A stretch of DNA of 64,000 nucleotides from positions 2,880,185-2,944,184 of the forward strand of contig NZ_CBDBNY010000004.1 in assembly GCF_965208055.1 (NCBI RefSeq). Direction: 5' to 3'. This DNA comes from Candidatus Palauibacter sp. GTDB taxonomy: Bacteria > Gemmatimonadota > Gemmatimonadetes > Palauibacterales > Palauibacteraceae. Below the pieces are notes generated by a model. That model worked only from the letters and a program-made list of their open reading frames with translations. It had not been told where the DNA came from and did no database searches. Position numbers and translations under genes: made by a program. This document shows, piece by piece, positions 46,114 to 54,884 of the stretch (position 1 is its first letter; each line of letters opens with the position of its first letter).

Positions 46114-46992
46114 TTACAGCTTCAGCGGCCGCTTCTCAAGCCTGTGGAGCCCGAGGCACGCGATGCCGGTCCACAGGACGAAGTGATAGAAGGCCAATCC
46201 CGTCGCTCCCCAGTCCCAGGCCGCGCCGGACCCGAACCCCGCGACCAGGTCGCGTATGACTCCGGCGGGGAAGATGACGAACTGCAGGACAGCCCGGGCC
46301 GACTCCACCGCTGGAAACGTTGCCAGGGCGGGGTTTTCGAGCAGCGAGCCCACAGCACCCGAGAGCAGATAGTACAGGAGCCCGAGGAGCGCGGCCCGAC
46401 GGATGCCGAGGGAGGTGATGGCGAAGCTGATCGCGCATGCGAGCGCACCGGTGAGACAGATGCTCGCCACTCCTCCCAGTTCCGTGGTCGGCGCCATCCC
46501 GGCCGGCAGGGCGGCGACAGCGGCTGTCAGACCGAAGATCGCGAGCGCGGCGAACGTCGCCACCTGTATGCCGACGTATCGCTGCAGATAGAAGGAGCGC
46601 AGCGGCATCGGATGTTGCGCCCACAGCATAATCGCACCGCTGCGTCGCTCGTCCGCGACCATTCCGCCCGGCATCAGGAAGGCAAAGAGGGTCGTGCCGA
46701 AGCCGAAGGCGAGGTTCAACAGGCTGAAGAGGGCGAACATCCCCGCACCACGCGCCATGGTTTCGACCTGCTCGGCGGACGGCTCGGCGCCTTCGCTTTC
46801 GATCTGCTGCCCCACGGCCTGTATACGTTCGAGGGTCTCCGCGATGTCGTAGGCGTACGTGAGGATGACGACCCCGACGCCCAACACGAACACCACCACC
46901 GCGAACTTCCACTGGCGGCGCACCGCGTTCCGGAGGGAGACCTTGATGATGTTCACGAAACCGTCTGCGGCACCGTCCCTGACACCGCTCAT
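46114..46992 (-). CDS. ABC-2 type transporter permease.
   Basis: Start MSGVRDGAADGFVNIIKVSLRNAVRRQWKF. Six TM helices. Coupled (ATGA) to the upstream ATPase gene. Confidence 0.6.
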   Translation of the reverse strand: MSGVRDGAADGFVNIIKVSLRNAVRRQWKFAVVVFVLGVGVVILTYAYDIAETLERIQAVGQQIESEGAEPSAEQVETMARGAGMFALFSLLNLAFGFGTTLFAFLMPGGMVADERRSGAIMLWAQHPMPLRSFYLQRYVGIQVATFAALAIFGLTAAVAALPAGMAPTTELGGVASICLTGALACAISFAITSLGIRRAALLGLLYYLLSGAVGSLLENPALATFPAVESARAVLQFVIFPAGVIRDLVAGFGSGAAWDWGATGLAFYHFVLWTGIACLGLHRLEKRPLKL

Positions 46993-47705
46993 GACACCGC
47001 CCCTTCCAGCCCGACGAACTCCGCCTCCAGGAACTCGCGGGTAAAGCCGCCTTCCGGTGGCTCCACTATGCGCCCGCGCCCTTGGTCGATCAGGAGCACG
47101 CGGTCGCTCATCATCGCCAGTTCGCCGAGGTCGTGGCTCGCGACCAGGATCGTGGTCCGGCCGCGAATCTCCTCGATCCGCCTGCGGAGGCGGATCCGTT
47201 GCCCGGGATCCAGTCCCGATTCGGGCTCGTCCAGGAGGAGCAACCCGGTCGGTCGCATCAGCGCCATGGCGAGCGCCAGCCGGCGTCGCATCCCCTTGGA
47301 CAGCGAGTCGGCCGGACCGTCGGTGTCGTAGTCCAGACCGGCCAGCCGACACGCGCGCCCGATGTCAGCGTCCGGACCGGCCGCGGCCGCCGCCAGCGCG
47401 AGCAGACCGTCGCAGGTCCAGTGCGGCGGGAGCACCGTGTCTTCCGCCAGGTAGCCGATACCGTGCCGGCGCCGGTAGTCCGCCGGGCCCGTGCCGGACA
47501 CCAGGGCCTCGCCATCCATCGGAGCCAGCACACCCAGCAGCGTGCGGAAGAGCGTCGTCTTGCCCGAGCCGTTGGGTCCCACCACCGCGAGCACCTCGCC
47601 GGGCACGATGTCGAGCGAGAGTCCACCCACCACGCACTCCCCCCGGCGATACCCGACATCCAGCACGCGAAGCTTCAGTTCCGCCGGTCCGCTTTCGATG
47701 GTCAT
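46989..47705 (-). CDS. ABC transporter ATP-binding protein.
   Basis: Walker A GPNGSGKTT, signature LSKGMRRRLALA, Walker B LLLLDEPESGLD. Confidence 0.75.
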   Translation of the reverse strand: MTIESGPAELKLRVLDVGYRRGECVVGGLSLDIVPGEVLAVVGPNGSGKTTLFRTLLGVLAPMDGEALVSGTGPADYRRRHGIGYLAEDTVLPPHWTCDGLLALAAAAAGPDADIGRACRLAGLDYDTDGPADSLSKGMRRRLALAMALMRPTGLLLLDEPESGLDPGQRIRLRRRIEEIRGRTTILVASHDLGELAMMSDRVLLIDQGRGRIVEPPEGGFTREFLEAEFVGLEGAVS

Positions 47706-47850
47706 GTCCCCTTCAGTTCCCCTCATTGATCTGCCTCAGGCCACGGGTCTACCCAGGGCCGAATCCGCTGAGCCAGATCGATTTCACTCTCTGCAGCGTT
47801 TTCAGCGATATGCTGAAATACACCATGGACTGAACGGAATTCCAGTCTGC

Positions 47851-48558
47851 CTACCTCAGGGACACATGCAGATGGTCGGCCGTGCCCACGTGGCGGAGGG
47901 TGTGGAAGCCCATCGCCCGGAACGCGAGTTCGGCCGCGAGGTTCCGCCACTCGGGCCGGTTGACGGTGCGAAGATCCAGCGCGTGGACGAATCCGTCGTC
48001 CTGGCGGAAGTGCAGGGAAGACTCGTTGGATGGGAGCCCCGCGCGAGCGTAGAACTCGGGCGTGCGAGCCGCATCGGTGATCACGGCGTCGGCGTCGGCC
48101 AGCACGAAGACCGAGACGGCCAGCCGCAGCAGGGGATGAAGACCCAGGTACTCGGCTCGCACCTCTTCCGACTTCACGTTGCCACCCGCGATGACCAGCA
48201 GCGAGTAGAGCACGAACGCGGCGGCGGCGAGCGCCGCGACCCGAGTCGCGAACTTCCTGAGCCGCTTGCCCGCCCCCAGGCGGCGGCTCGCCGCCCATGC
48301 GTAGAACGCCAGGAGCAGCGCGGCGGCGGCCGCCGAGACGGCCAGCGAGGACCACGCGCCCAGCCCCCATTGCTGGTAGGCGAAGACGCCTCCGCGGACG
48401 AGGAGGATGAAAGGAAGCACCGCAAGCAGGACGGCCGTCACCCCCCACCGCACGACCCGGCCAGGCCAGCGTCGCGGTCGCCTCCGGGCACGCGGGTTCG
48501 CCTCCTCCGGTCCGGCGGCGGCCTCGGCGCCCGGATCCTCGACCTGCAGTCTGTTCAC
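47851..48558 (-). CDS. Membrane protein with a possible M15/LAS-type zinc peptidase-like C-terminal domain.
   Basis: Three to four TM helices. C-terminal SLHFRQDDGFVHALD ... GTADHLHVS resembles the HxxxxxxD/DHxH zinc sites of M15A (DUF882) proteins. Weak. Confidence 0.35.
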   Translation of the reverse strand: MNRLQVEDPGAEAAAGPEEANPRARRRPRRWPGRVVRWGVTAVLLAVLPFILLVRGGVFAYQQWGLGAWSSLAVSAAAAALLLAFYAWAASRRLGAGKRLRKFATRVAALAAAAFVLYSLLVIAGGNVKSEEVRAEYLGLHPLLRLAVSVFVLADADAVITDAARTPEFYARAGLPSNESSLHFRQDDGFVHALDLRTVNRPEWRNLAAELAFRAMGFHTLRHVGTADHLHVSLR

Positions 48559-48687
48559 ATGTCCTCCGATGACCCTGCCCTCCCTTCGTGCCTACGCGGA
48601 GAGTCATCCGTACGCTTCAGCGCGGTTACCTGATCTGCCTTCCCGCGGGAGCCTTGGTTCGACAGTTGCGTGCTCCGGCCCAGGCTT

Positions 48688-49425
48688 CTAACGCTTCCTT
48701 GCGACGAAAAACATCCTGCCCTCATACGGCGCGCCCTCCACGATGGGTTCGTTCCCATCGAAAGACTGCGGCTCTTCGAACCCGACCTTTCGCAACCGCT
48801 CCCGGATCTCACTTTCTTCGTACCAGCGCTGAGTCAGAGAGAAATCGGTCCGCTCCCAGCCTGAACCCTTCGGTTCGAACAGGGTGACGTCGAACCTTCC
48901 GGTTTTCTCGTTCGCGTCATGTGAAGTTCGACCCGCGCAGACGTGATCCTCCTCCACATATGCGAACGAACCGCGCCACCTGGACCGGTAACCTTCTTCC
49001 ATGTTGAGGTCGAACGCGAAGTAGCCGCCGCCTTCGAGGAGGGTGAAGACACTCTGAAACACCTGCTCCAGCTCGCCCAGGCTCATCACGTGATTCAGAC
49101 TGTCGAAGGTAGAGAGAACGGCCGAAAACCTGCGGGGTAAGTCGATGTTCCGGGCGTCCTGGACGATGAACTCGACGTCCGGAGCGTTTTTCCTCGCGAC
49201 CTCGATCATCGCGGCGGAACCATCCAGCCCCGTGGTGAGGTAGCCTTGCCGCGACAGCTCGGCGGCAAGCTGTCCCGTGCCGCAGCAGAGATCCAGGACC
49301 GCGCAGCCGGGCGAGAGTTTCCCCAAGACGAGATGGTCGAGGATCGGGTACACGCTCGTCGCGAAGAACCCCCAGTGCCGATCGTAGATGCGCGCAAGGG
49401 GGTCATATGCGTGGTAGCGGCTCAC
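48688..49425 (-). CDS. Class I SAM-dependent methyltransferase.
   Basis: VLDLCCGTGQLAAEL (motif I) and DGSAAMIEVAR. Confidence 0.75.
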   Translation of the reverse strand: MSRYHAYDPLARIYDRHWGFFATSVYPILDHLVLGKLSPGCAVLDLCCGTGQLAAELSRQGYLTTGLDGSAAMIEVARKNAPDVEFIVQDARNIDLPRRFSAVLSTFDSLNHVMSLGELEQVFQSVFTLLEGGGYFAFDLNMEEGYRSRWRGSFAYVEEDHVCAGRTSHDANEKTGRFDVTLFEPKGSGWERTDFSLTQRWYEESEIRERLRKVGFEEPQSFDGNEPIVEGAPYEGRMFFVARKR

Positions 49426-49714
49426 TCCCTGGCCTCCTTCCGCGAGCGTCCCGACCCCCCTACCTGCGCGGTGGGTTCCGACAGGACGGGCTGGTCAGCC
49501 TACAACGGACGACTTCTCGGAGGGGTTTCACAACGGCTTGCCAAGTGCCTGACCGGTCAAGCCAACATTAGGCGCACCCTTGGGCTCCGGCACGGATCCG
49601 TCGTGGCGGAGTTGGTTTGCGGGCGAGACGCCCGGTGCCTAGCGTCGTGTGCGAAGGCTCGGTCGGGCTCGTGCAGCGCAGGAGAATCCATGTCCACGTT
49701 CGTGATGGTTCGCC

Positions 49715-50506
49715 GTGTCCAGGCATCGGACACCCAGGCGCGCGGACCTCTCGCAGCACTTCCTCCGGAGCAGGTCGCTTGCGGCTAGCCTGATCGCTCA
49801 GGCTCCCGTCGAACGAAGCGATCTGGTCGTCGAGATCGGGCCGGGCCGCGGGATTCTCACTCGAGAACTGGCGCGTCGATGCCGTGAGGTCGTCGCGGTG
49901 GAGTTCGACGGCGCGCTGTCCGAGGCGCTTCGCACGCGCTTCGGGAGTGACGACCGGGTCACGATCGTCACGTCCGACTTCCTGCGGTTTCGGCTGCCCG
50001 ACGTCCCCTACAAGGTTCTGGGGAACATCCCGTTCAACCGGACCGCCGCCATCGTCCGGCGCCTCGTCGAGGCCGATGCTCCGCCGCGCGACGCCTGGCT
50101 CGTGGTCCAGCGTGAGGCGGCCGAGCGGTTTGCGGGCCGCCCCTGTTCACGGGAGACCCTGCCCTCGCTGCTGCTCAAGCCGTGGTGGCAGATCGAGATC
50201 GCGCGGCGCCTTCGCCGTACGGACTTCGACCCCCCTCCGAGGGTGGACGCCGTCGCGCTCTGGCTCGCCCGTCGAACGAGACCGCTCGTGGACCGATTCC
50301 AGGCCGCGGACTACCGGCGCTTCATTCGGCGTGGCTTCGGTCGCGACGGCCGCTCGATCCGGCGGTGTCTGCGACCCGAATTCACGCCAACGCAGATCCA
50401 CCGGCTGGGTCGGGATCTCAGGTTCGATCCTTCCGGACCGCCCCGCGGCCTCACCTTCGACCAGTGGCTCGCATTGTTCCGGTTCCGGAGCCTGACGCGA
50501 TCGTAG
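49715..50506 (+). CDS. rRNA adenine N6-methyltransferase family protein with Erm-like features (possible 23S rRNA A2058 dimethyltransferase).
   Basis: GTG start. SQHFL, VVEIGPGRGILT and VLGNIPFN are KsgA/Erm motifs. The C-terminus ...LTFDQWLALFRF resembles the Erm-type ...FEQFLSLF tail rather than KsgA. Confidence 0.55.
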   Translation: MSRHRTPRRADLSQHFLRSRSLAASLIAQAPVERSDLVVEIGPGRGILTRELARRCREVVAVEFDGALSEALRTRFGSDDRVTIVTSDFLRFRLPDVPYKVLGNIPFNRTAAIVRRLVEADAPPRDAWLVVQREAAERFAGRPCSRETLPSLLLKPWWQIEIARRLRRTDFDPPPRVDAVALWLARRTRPLVDRFQAADYRRFIRRGFGRDGRSIRRCLRPEFTPTQIHRLGRDLRFDPSGPPRGLTFDQWLALFRFRSLTRS

Positions 50507-50545
50507 GCGCTGATACGGCGTTGCGGTTGGCCCGGTTCCTTGGGA

Positions 50546-50830
50546 CTATGCCGCAAGTCCGGGTATGTGTAGCTCCAGTCCGGGCCTCCTGCCGCGCATC
50601 ACGGAAGCGAGTCGATGCGCCATCTCAAGGTGTCCGGAATCCGGCTGGCGGCGAACCCCGTCGGTGCAACTCTGTCCGGGCCCGAGTTCCTGCCCGACCC
50701 GGCACGGCGGGCCCTCGAACGCGGGCGCCAACTCCACCGCGCTCTCCGCGCCACAGGCGGCGACGCCGCACACGAGCAGGAGCGTTGCGCAGCCTCCGAT
50801 CATCTTCGCTGCCGGACCGTACGGGCGCAT
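50546..50830 (-). CDS. Small hypothetical lipoprotein.
   Basis: AGGAGG RBS 6 nt before ATG (MRPYGPAAKMIGGCATLLLVCGVAAC lipobox). 94 aa. Confidence 0.35.
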   Translation of the reverse strand: MRPYGPAAKMIGGCATLLLVCGVAACGAESAVELAPAFEGPPCRVGQELGPGQSCTDGVRRQPDSGHLEMAHRLASVMRGRRPGLELHIPGLAA

Positions 50831-50986
50831 GCGGCACCTCCTGAACACTCCTCGACTCCTCATGATGGCGGCTCCCTCCCTGGCTCATCGTCATGCCGGC
50901 ACAATGGAACGCGCGTATGGTAGATGCGGGAAATGCGAGCCGGTATTCCCCAAATGGGGGACACTCCGGTCGCGCTTGCGCTTCCC

Positions 50987-51323
50987 TCAGTCGTCTTTCT
51001 TGCCGTGGCGGCTCTCCGGATCGAAGGTCGCTCCGGAAAGGGACTGGAGCGACAGCACGCGCCTCACCAGATCTGCCTGCCTCCCAATACCCTGCTTGCG
51101 AAAAATCTGCTGGAGGTGCCAGTGGACGCTCCGGTCCTTCCGACCAGTCGCCGCGGCGATCTCCCGCACGGTGTGACCGGCGGCCAGCATCACCGCCAAC
51201 CGGCTCTCCGTCGGCGTGAGCCCGAGGGCCGACGCCACGAAAATCCGGATCAACCCGGACCCGACTTTCGGCCTCTCTCGCAAGCGGTGCCCCACATCCA
51301 ATTCTGGTGGTGCTCCCCCTCAA
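50987..51323 (-). pseudogene. Truncated, frameshifted paralog of the LuxR-family regulator at 58547-59812. It retains the N-terminal 19 aa and the C-terminal HTH only.
   Basis: MRGSTTRIGCGAPLAREAE is identical to the start of the full-length copy and joins directly to SRVRVDPDF... An extra A in the A-run at ~51245-51248 shifts the frame. The HTH (LTPTESRLAVMLAAGHTVREIAAATGRK...) continues in another frame (50987-51301). Confidence 0.5.
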
Positions 51324-51475
51324 ACTACGTGGCCCAACCTCCCGAAGTCACCGTCAGAACTACCGGCGCGCCGGACCGCCCTTTCCCTGCAAGTTGGTGG
51401 TGCGAACCGGGCTCGTGACCGGACGACAATGTCTTGGAGGTGCCACGATTCGATTAGGCCGGGTGCGGATCGGGA
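51262..51475. promoter_or_regulatory. Copy A of a ~210-bp repeated divergent-promoter region (LuxR paralog <-> TonB-dependent receptor gene).
   Basis: About 90 % identical to 59750-59965 (ctctcgcaagcggtgccccacatccaa...ccggacgacaatg...). Confidence 0.6.
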
Positions 51476-51520
51476 CACCGTCGCCCCCCGGACGACTTCC
51501 CGGAGCTTCCATAACGAACG

Positions 51521-54500
51521 GTGAGGATCATGTTCAGAATCCGACGTATCGCAGCACTCGGTGTCCTCGCCCTGGCGTGGCCCGCCGCGGTCGCGGGCCA
51601 GGATGGGGCGATCAGCGGAACCATCACCGACGAGACCGGCCTCGCCCTGCCTACGGTGAGCGTGACCGCGACGGGTCCGGCGCTCGGGGATGAGTCGCGT
51701 ACGGCACTCAGTTCGGAGCAGGGACTCTACTCTCTGACCGGACTCCCGACGGGGACGTTCTCGCTGCGGTTCGTCTACCCCGGCTTTGCGATCGAGACGC
51801 GGGCGGGCGTCGCGGTTACGGCCGGCGACCGGACGTTGCTCGACGTCGAACTCGTCTCGCTGCGGACGGTGACGCTCGAAGAGTTGACCGCGGTGGTGAC
51901 GGGAACACACTTCGCGGCCCCGCCGATCAGTCTTCCCTACGCAGTGGACGTCTCGACCCGAGAGTCGCTGCAGGAGGAAGGGTCGCCGCTGGTGGTCGAC
52001 TTCTTCAAGCGGCTCGGGGCGAACCACGGCTCGCTGGGGGAACGGAACAGCTGGTACAACCGCAGCGGAGCGCTCGTCCCCGAGACGGTGGCCAGCGTCA
52101 ACCTGCGGGGGCTGGGAGCTTCGCGAACGCTCGTGCTGTTCAACGGACGCCGGCAGGTGTACACACCGTCCCGGCTCCCCGGCGGCCGATTCGTGGACGT
52201 CAACGCCTTCCCGAGCATCGCGCTGGACCGGATTGAGGTGCTGAAGGAGGGGGCGTCGGCGATCTACGGATCCGACGCGGTGGCCGGCGTGGCGAACTTC
52301 GTCACGCGGCAGGACTTCGAGGGCTTCGAGGTCACCGCCGCTCACGACTACTTCAGCGGGGCCGGGGACTCGAACGCAGGCGCGATCTGGGGCGGCCGCC
52401 TTGGGGCGTCCACGAACGTGGTCGTCGCCGCAGAGTGGGCGGCGCGGCAGGAACTCATGCCCGAGGAGCGAGACTGGGGGCTGCGACCGTACCCGGGGCC
52501 CGGCGGCGGGGGCTGGTCATACTACGGGAACCCCGGGGCCTTCCTCATGCCGAGCCTGACCGGGAACGAGACGCCCGGTGAGTTCGTGAGCGCGCTCATC
52601 GGCTCGCAGTTCGGCGCCAACCCGAATCTGTTCGTGGATCCCGAGTGCGAGAACTTCGGCGGAGTGAACGAGGGTGTCACGTGCCGGTTCCGCTACCAGC
52701 CGTACGACAACCTGGTCGATAAGCAGAACCATATACGGGCCTTCGGCGAGATCAACGGCGAACTGGGCGCAAGCACGACGTTCCACCTCGAGGGCCTGTG
52801 GTCCGAGGCCACAATCCCGGACTGGCGGACCACGCCCTCGTTTCCCCCGATCTCCCTTTACGACGGCCTTCAGCTCGTCGTACCGGAAAACCCGGGCCGG
52901 CAGGCGTTCTGCGCGGCCAACGCGGGGCACGCCGGGTTCGCTTCCGCCGCCGACTGCCTGCAGGACGACTGGTACTTCTACGGACGGATGGTGGGGAACA
53001 GCGGCCCGGGACGGACGCTGCACCGGTCGTCGCGCACCCAGAGGATCGCGGCATCGATCGACCGGCACTTCGAGGAGACCGAGGGCCACCTGGACATCTC
53101 CGTCAGCTACTCGCGTGCCTCCGGCAACGTGAACCAGCCGGCGGAGTACGCCTACCGCAAATACCTCGCCTACCGCGGCTTCGGAGGCCCGAACTGCGGC
53201 GTCGATGTGGTCGTTGACCCGACTTCGCCGGCCGGCATGTCGCTCGGTTCGACCGGCGGCGCCGTGGCGGGGCAGGGCGACTGCATGTTCTACAACCCGT
53301 TCAGCAACGCGATCCAGCGCGCCGAGCAGCCGGGGACGCAATACACCAACGCCAACAACCCCGGATACGTGGCCGGTGCGGCCAACTCCCCCGAGTTGCT
53401 CGGCTGGATCAACGAGGAAGTCGATCTCTTCAACACCGCCGACCTGTTCGTGGCGGAGGCCACCTTCACGGGCCAGTTCACGGAGGCGCTCGGCTACGCG
53501 CTCGGATATCAGTTCCGCCGCTTCGACGTGACGGGGACGCCCAACGACGCCGGCAACCAGGCGCTCAACCCTTGCCAGGTGCCGGGGGATCGCACCTGCC
53601 TCGAGCAGGCGGGGCCGTTCACGTTCACGACGGGGTACTTCCCGTACGAGGACGGGCAGACCGTGCATCGCTTCTACGGCGAGATCCCGCTCAATCTCGG
53701 GGACCGGCTCGATCTGCAGTTCGCCGCCAACTACGAGTTCCACGACGTGGCGAGCAGCTTCGACCCAAAGGTCTCACTTCGGCTGAACCTGACCGACTCG
53801 GACAATCACGAGCTTTCTCTTCGTGGCTCGCTTCAGTCGACATTCCGCGTCCCGTCCGTGGATGACGTGAACACGGACCAGATCACGGCGCTCGAGTACG
53901 TGCAGGAAGTGGATGTCTACAAGGCGGTGGACACCTTCGGAAGCGCCGATCTGGACCCGGAACGGGCGGTGACGGGCAACGTGGGGCTCATTTTCTTTCA
54001 CTATCCGAGCCGCCTGCAGGCGACTTTCGATTACTGGAGCTACGACTTCAGGGACGTGATCAACGTGATCCCCCATTCGAGTATCACGCGGCTCTATCAC
54101 GAGGGGGGCGCCAGCCGCGCCGCGGTCCGGGGGTTCGTGAAGTGCCCGGACGGCTGGGGGACGGGGACCTGTGACGCGGCCCTCATCGAGCGCATCCGGA
54201 TCGATCTGATCAACTGGCCGGGCATGCAGACCTCGGGCTTCGATTGGAGCCTGTCGACCCGGCGCACGCTCGGGAGCGGGGAGCTTGCACTCGGGATCGA
54301 CGGCACCTACACGCGCACCTACGACATCAAGGCGCTCGAGGTCGGCGGCGTGGAGCTGGTGGGCGCGACGGAGGGCGTCGGGACGCTGAATCGCAACAAC
54401 CCGCTCGCCTGGCCCCTGCCGCAGTGGAAGTGGTCGGCGTCGGCCGGATACCACGCGGATCGCTATTCGATCATCGGCAACGTCAACTACATCTCATCCT

Positions 54501-54739
54501 ACGAGGACGACCTCAACGCGGGCGACCCGACGTATCCCCACCGCGTCATCGACGCCTTCGGCACCTTCGACGCCACGGTGATGATGAAGCTGACGGACAG
54601 CATCGACGCCTTCGTGACGGGCTTCAACCTGTTCGATACGGCGCCGCCGCTGGTCAATCAGGAAGGGGCCTACGACGGCCTCACGCACGACCCCAAGGGG
54701 CAGCGCCTCAAGGCCGGCATGACCTACACGATCAACTAG
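51521..54739 (+). CDS. TonB-dependent receptor (SusC/RagA-like; CarboxypepD_reg + plug + beta-barrel).
   Basis: Signal peptide. ISGTITDETGLALPTVSVTATG... The plug ends ...IEVLKEGASAIYGSDAVAGVANFVTR. Long barrel domain. 1072 aa. Confidence 0.8.
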   Translation: MRIMFRIRRIAALGVLALAWPAAVAGQDGAISGTITDETGLALPTVSVTATGPALGDESRTALSSEQGLYSLTGLPTGTFSLRFVYPGFAIETRAGVAVTAGDRTLLDVELVSLRTVTLEELTAVVTGTHFAAPPISLPYAVDVSTRESLQEEGSPLVVDFFKRLGANHGSLGERNSWYNRSGALVPETVASVNLRGLGASRTLVLFNGRRQVYTPSRLPGGRFVDVNAFPSIALDRIEVLKEGASAIYGSDAVAGVANFVTRQDFEGFEVTAAHDYFSGAGDSNAGAIWGGRLGASTNVVVAAEWAARQELMPEERDWGLRPYPGPGGGGWSYYGNPGAFLMPSLTGNETPGEFVSALIGSQFGANPNLFVDPECENFGGVNEGVTCRFRYQPYDNLVDKQNHIRAFGEINGELGASTTFHLEGLWSEATIPDWRTTPSFPPISLYDGLQLVVPENPGRQAFCAANAGHAGFASAADCLQDDWYFYGRMVGNSGPGRTLHRSSRTQRIAASIDRHFEETEGHLDISVSYSRASGNVNQPAEYAYRKYLAYRGFGGPNCGVDVVVDPTSPAGMSLGSTGGAVAGQGDCMFYNPFSNAIQRAEQPGTQYTNANNPGYVAGAANSPELLGWINEEVDLFNTADLFVAEATFTGQFTEALGYALGYQFRRFDVTGTPNDAGNQALNPCQVPGDRTCLEQAGPFTFTTGYFPYEDGQTVHRFYGEIPLNLGDRLDLQFAANYEFHDVASSFDPKVSLRLNLTDSDNHELSLRGSLQSTFRVPSVDDVNTDQITALEYVQEVDVYKAVDTFGSADLDPERAVTGNVGLIFFHYPSRLQATFDYWSYDFRDVINVIPHSSITRLYHEGGASRAAVRGFVKCPDGWGTGTCDAALIERIRIDLINWPGMQTSGFDWSLSTRRTLGSGELALGIDGTYTRTYDIKALEVGGVELVGATEGVGTLNRNNPLAWPLPQWKWSASAGYHADRYSIIGNVNYISSYEDDLNAGDPTYPHRVIDAFGTFDATVMMKLTDSIDAFVTGFNLFDTAPPLVNQEGAYDGLTHDPKGQRLKAGMTYTIN

Positions 54740-54884
54740 AGAGGTGGACCCTGGATCACCTGATCGCCAGATACTCGATCGAGGCGGAGAGACCGTCGTC
54801 TAACTCCTGCTGCAGGCCGGCGTCGATCCCCACGCCCGGAACGACCTTCGGAACTACGCCCTCATCAACCATGGAGTTGCCCAA

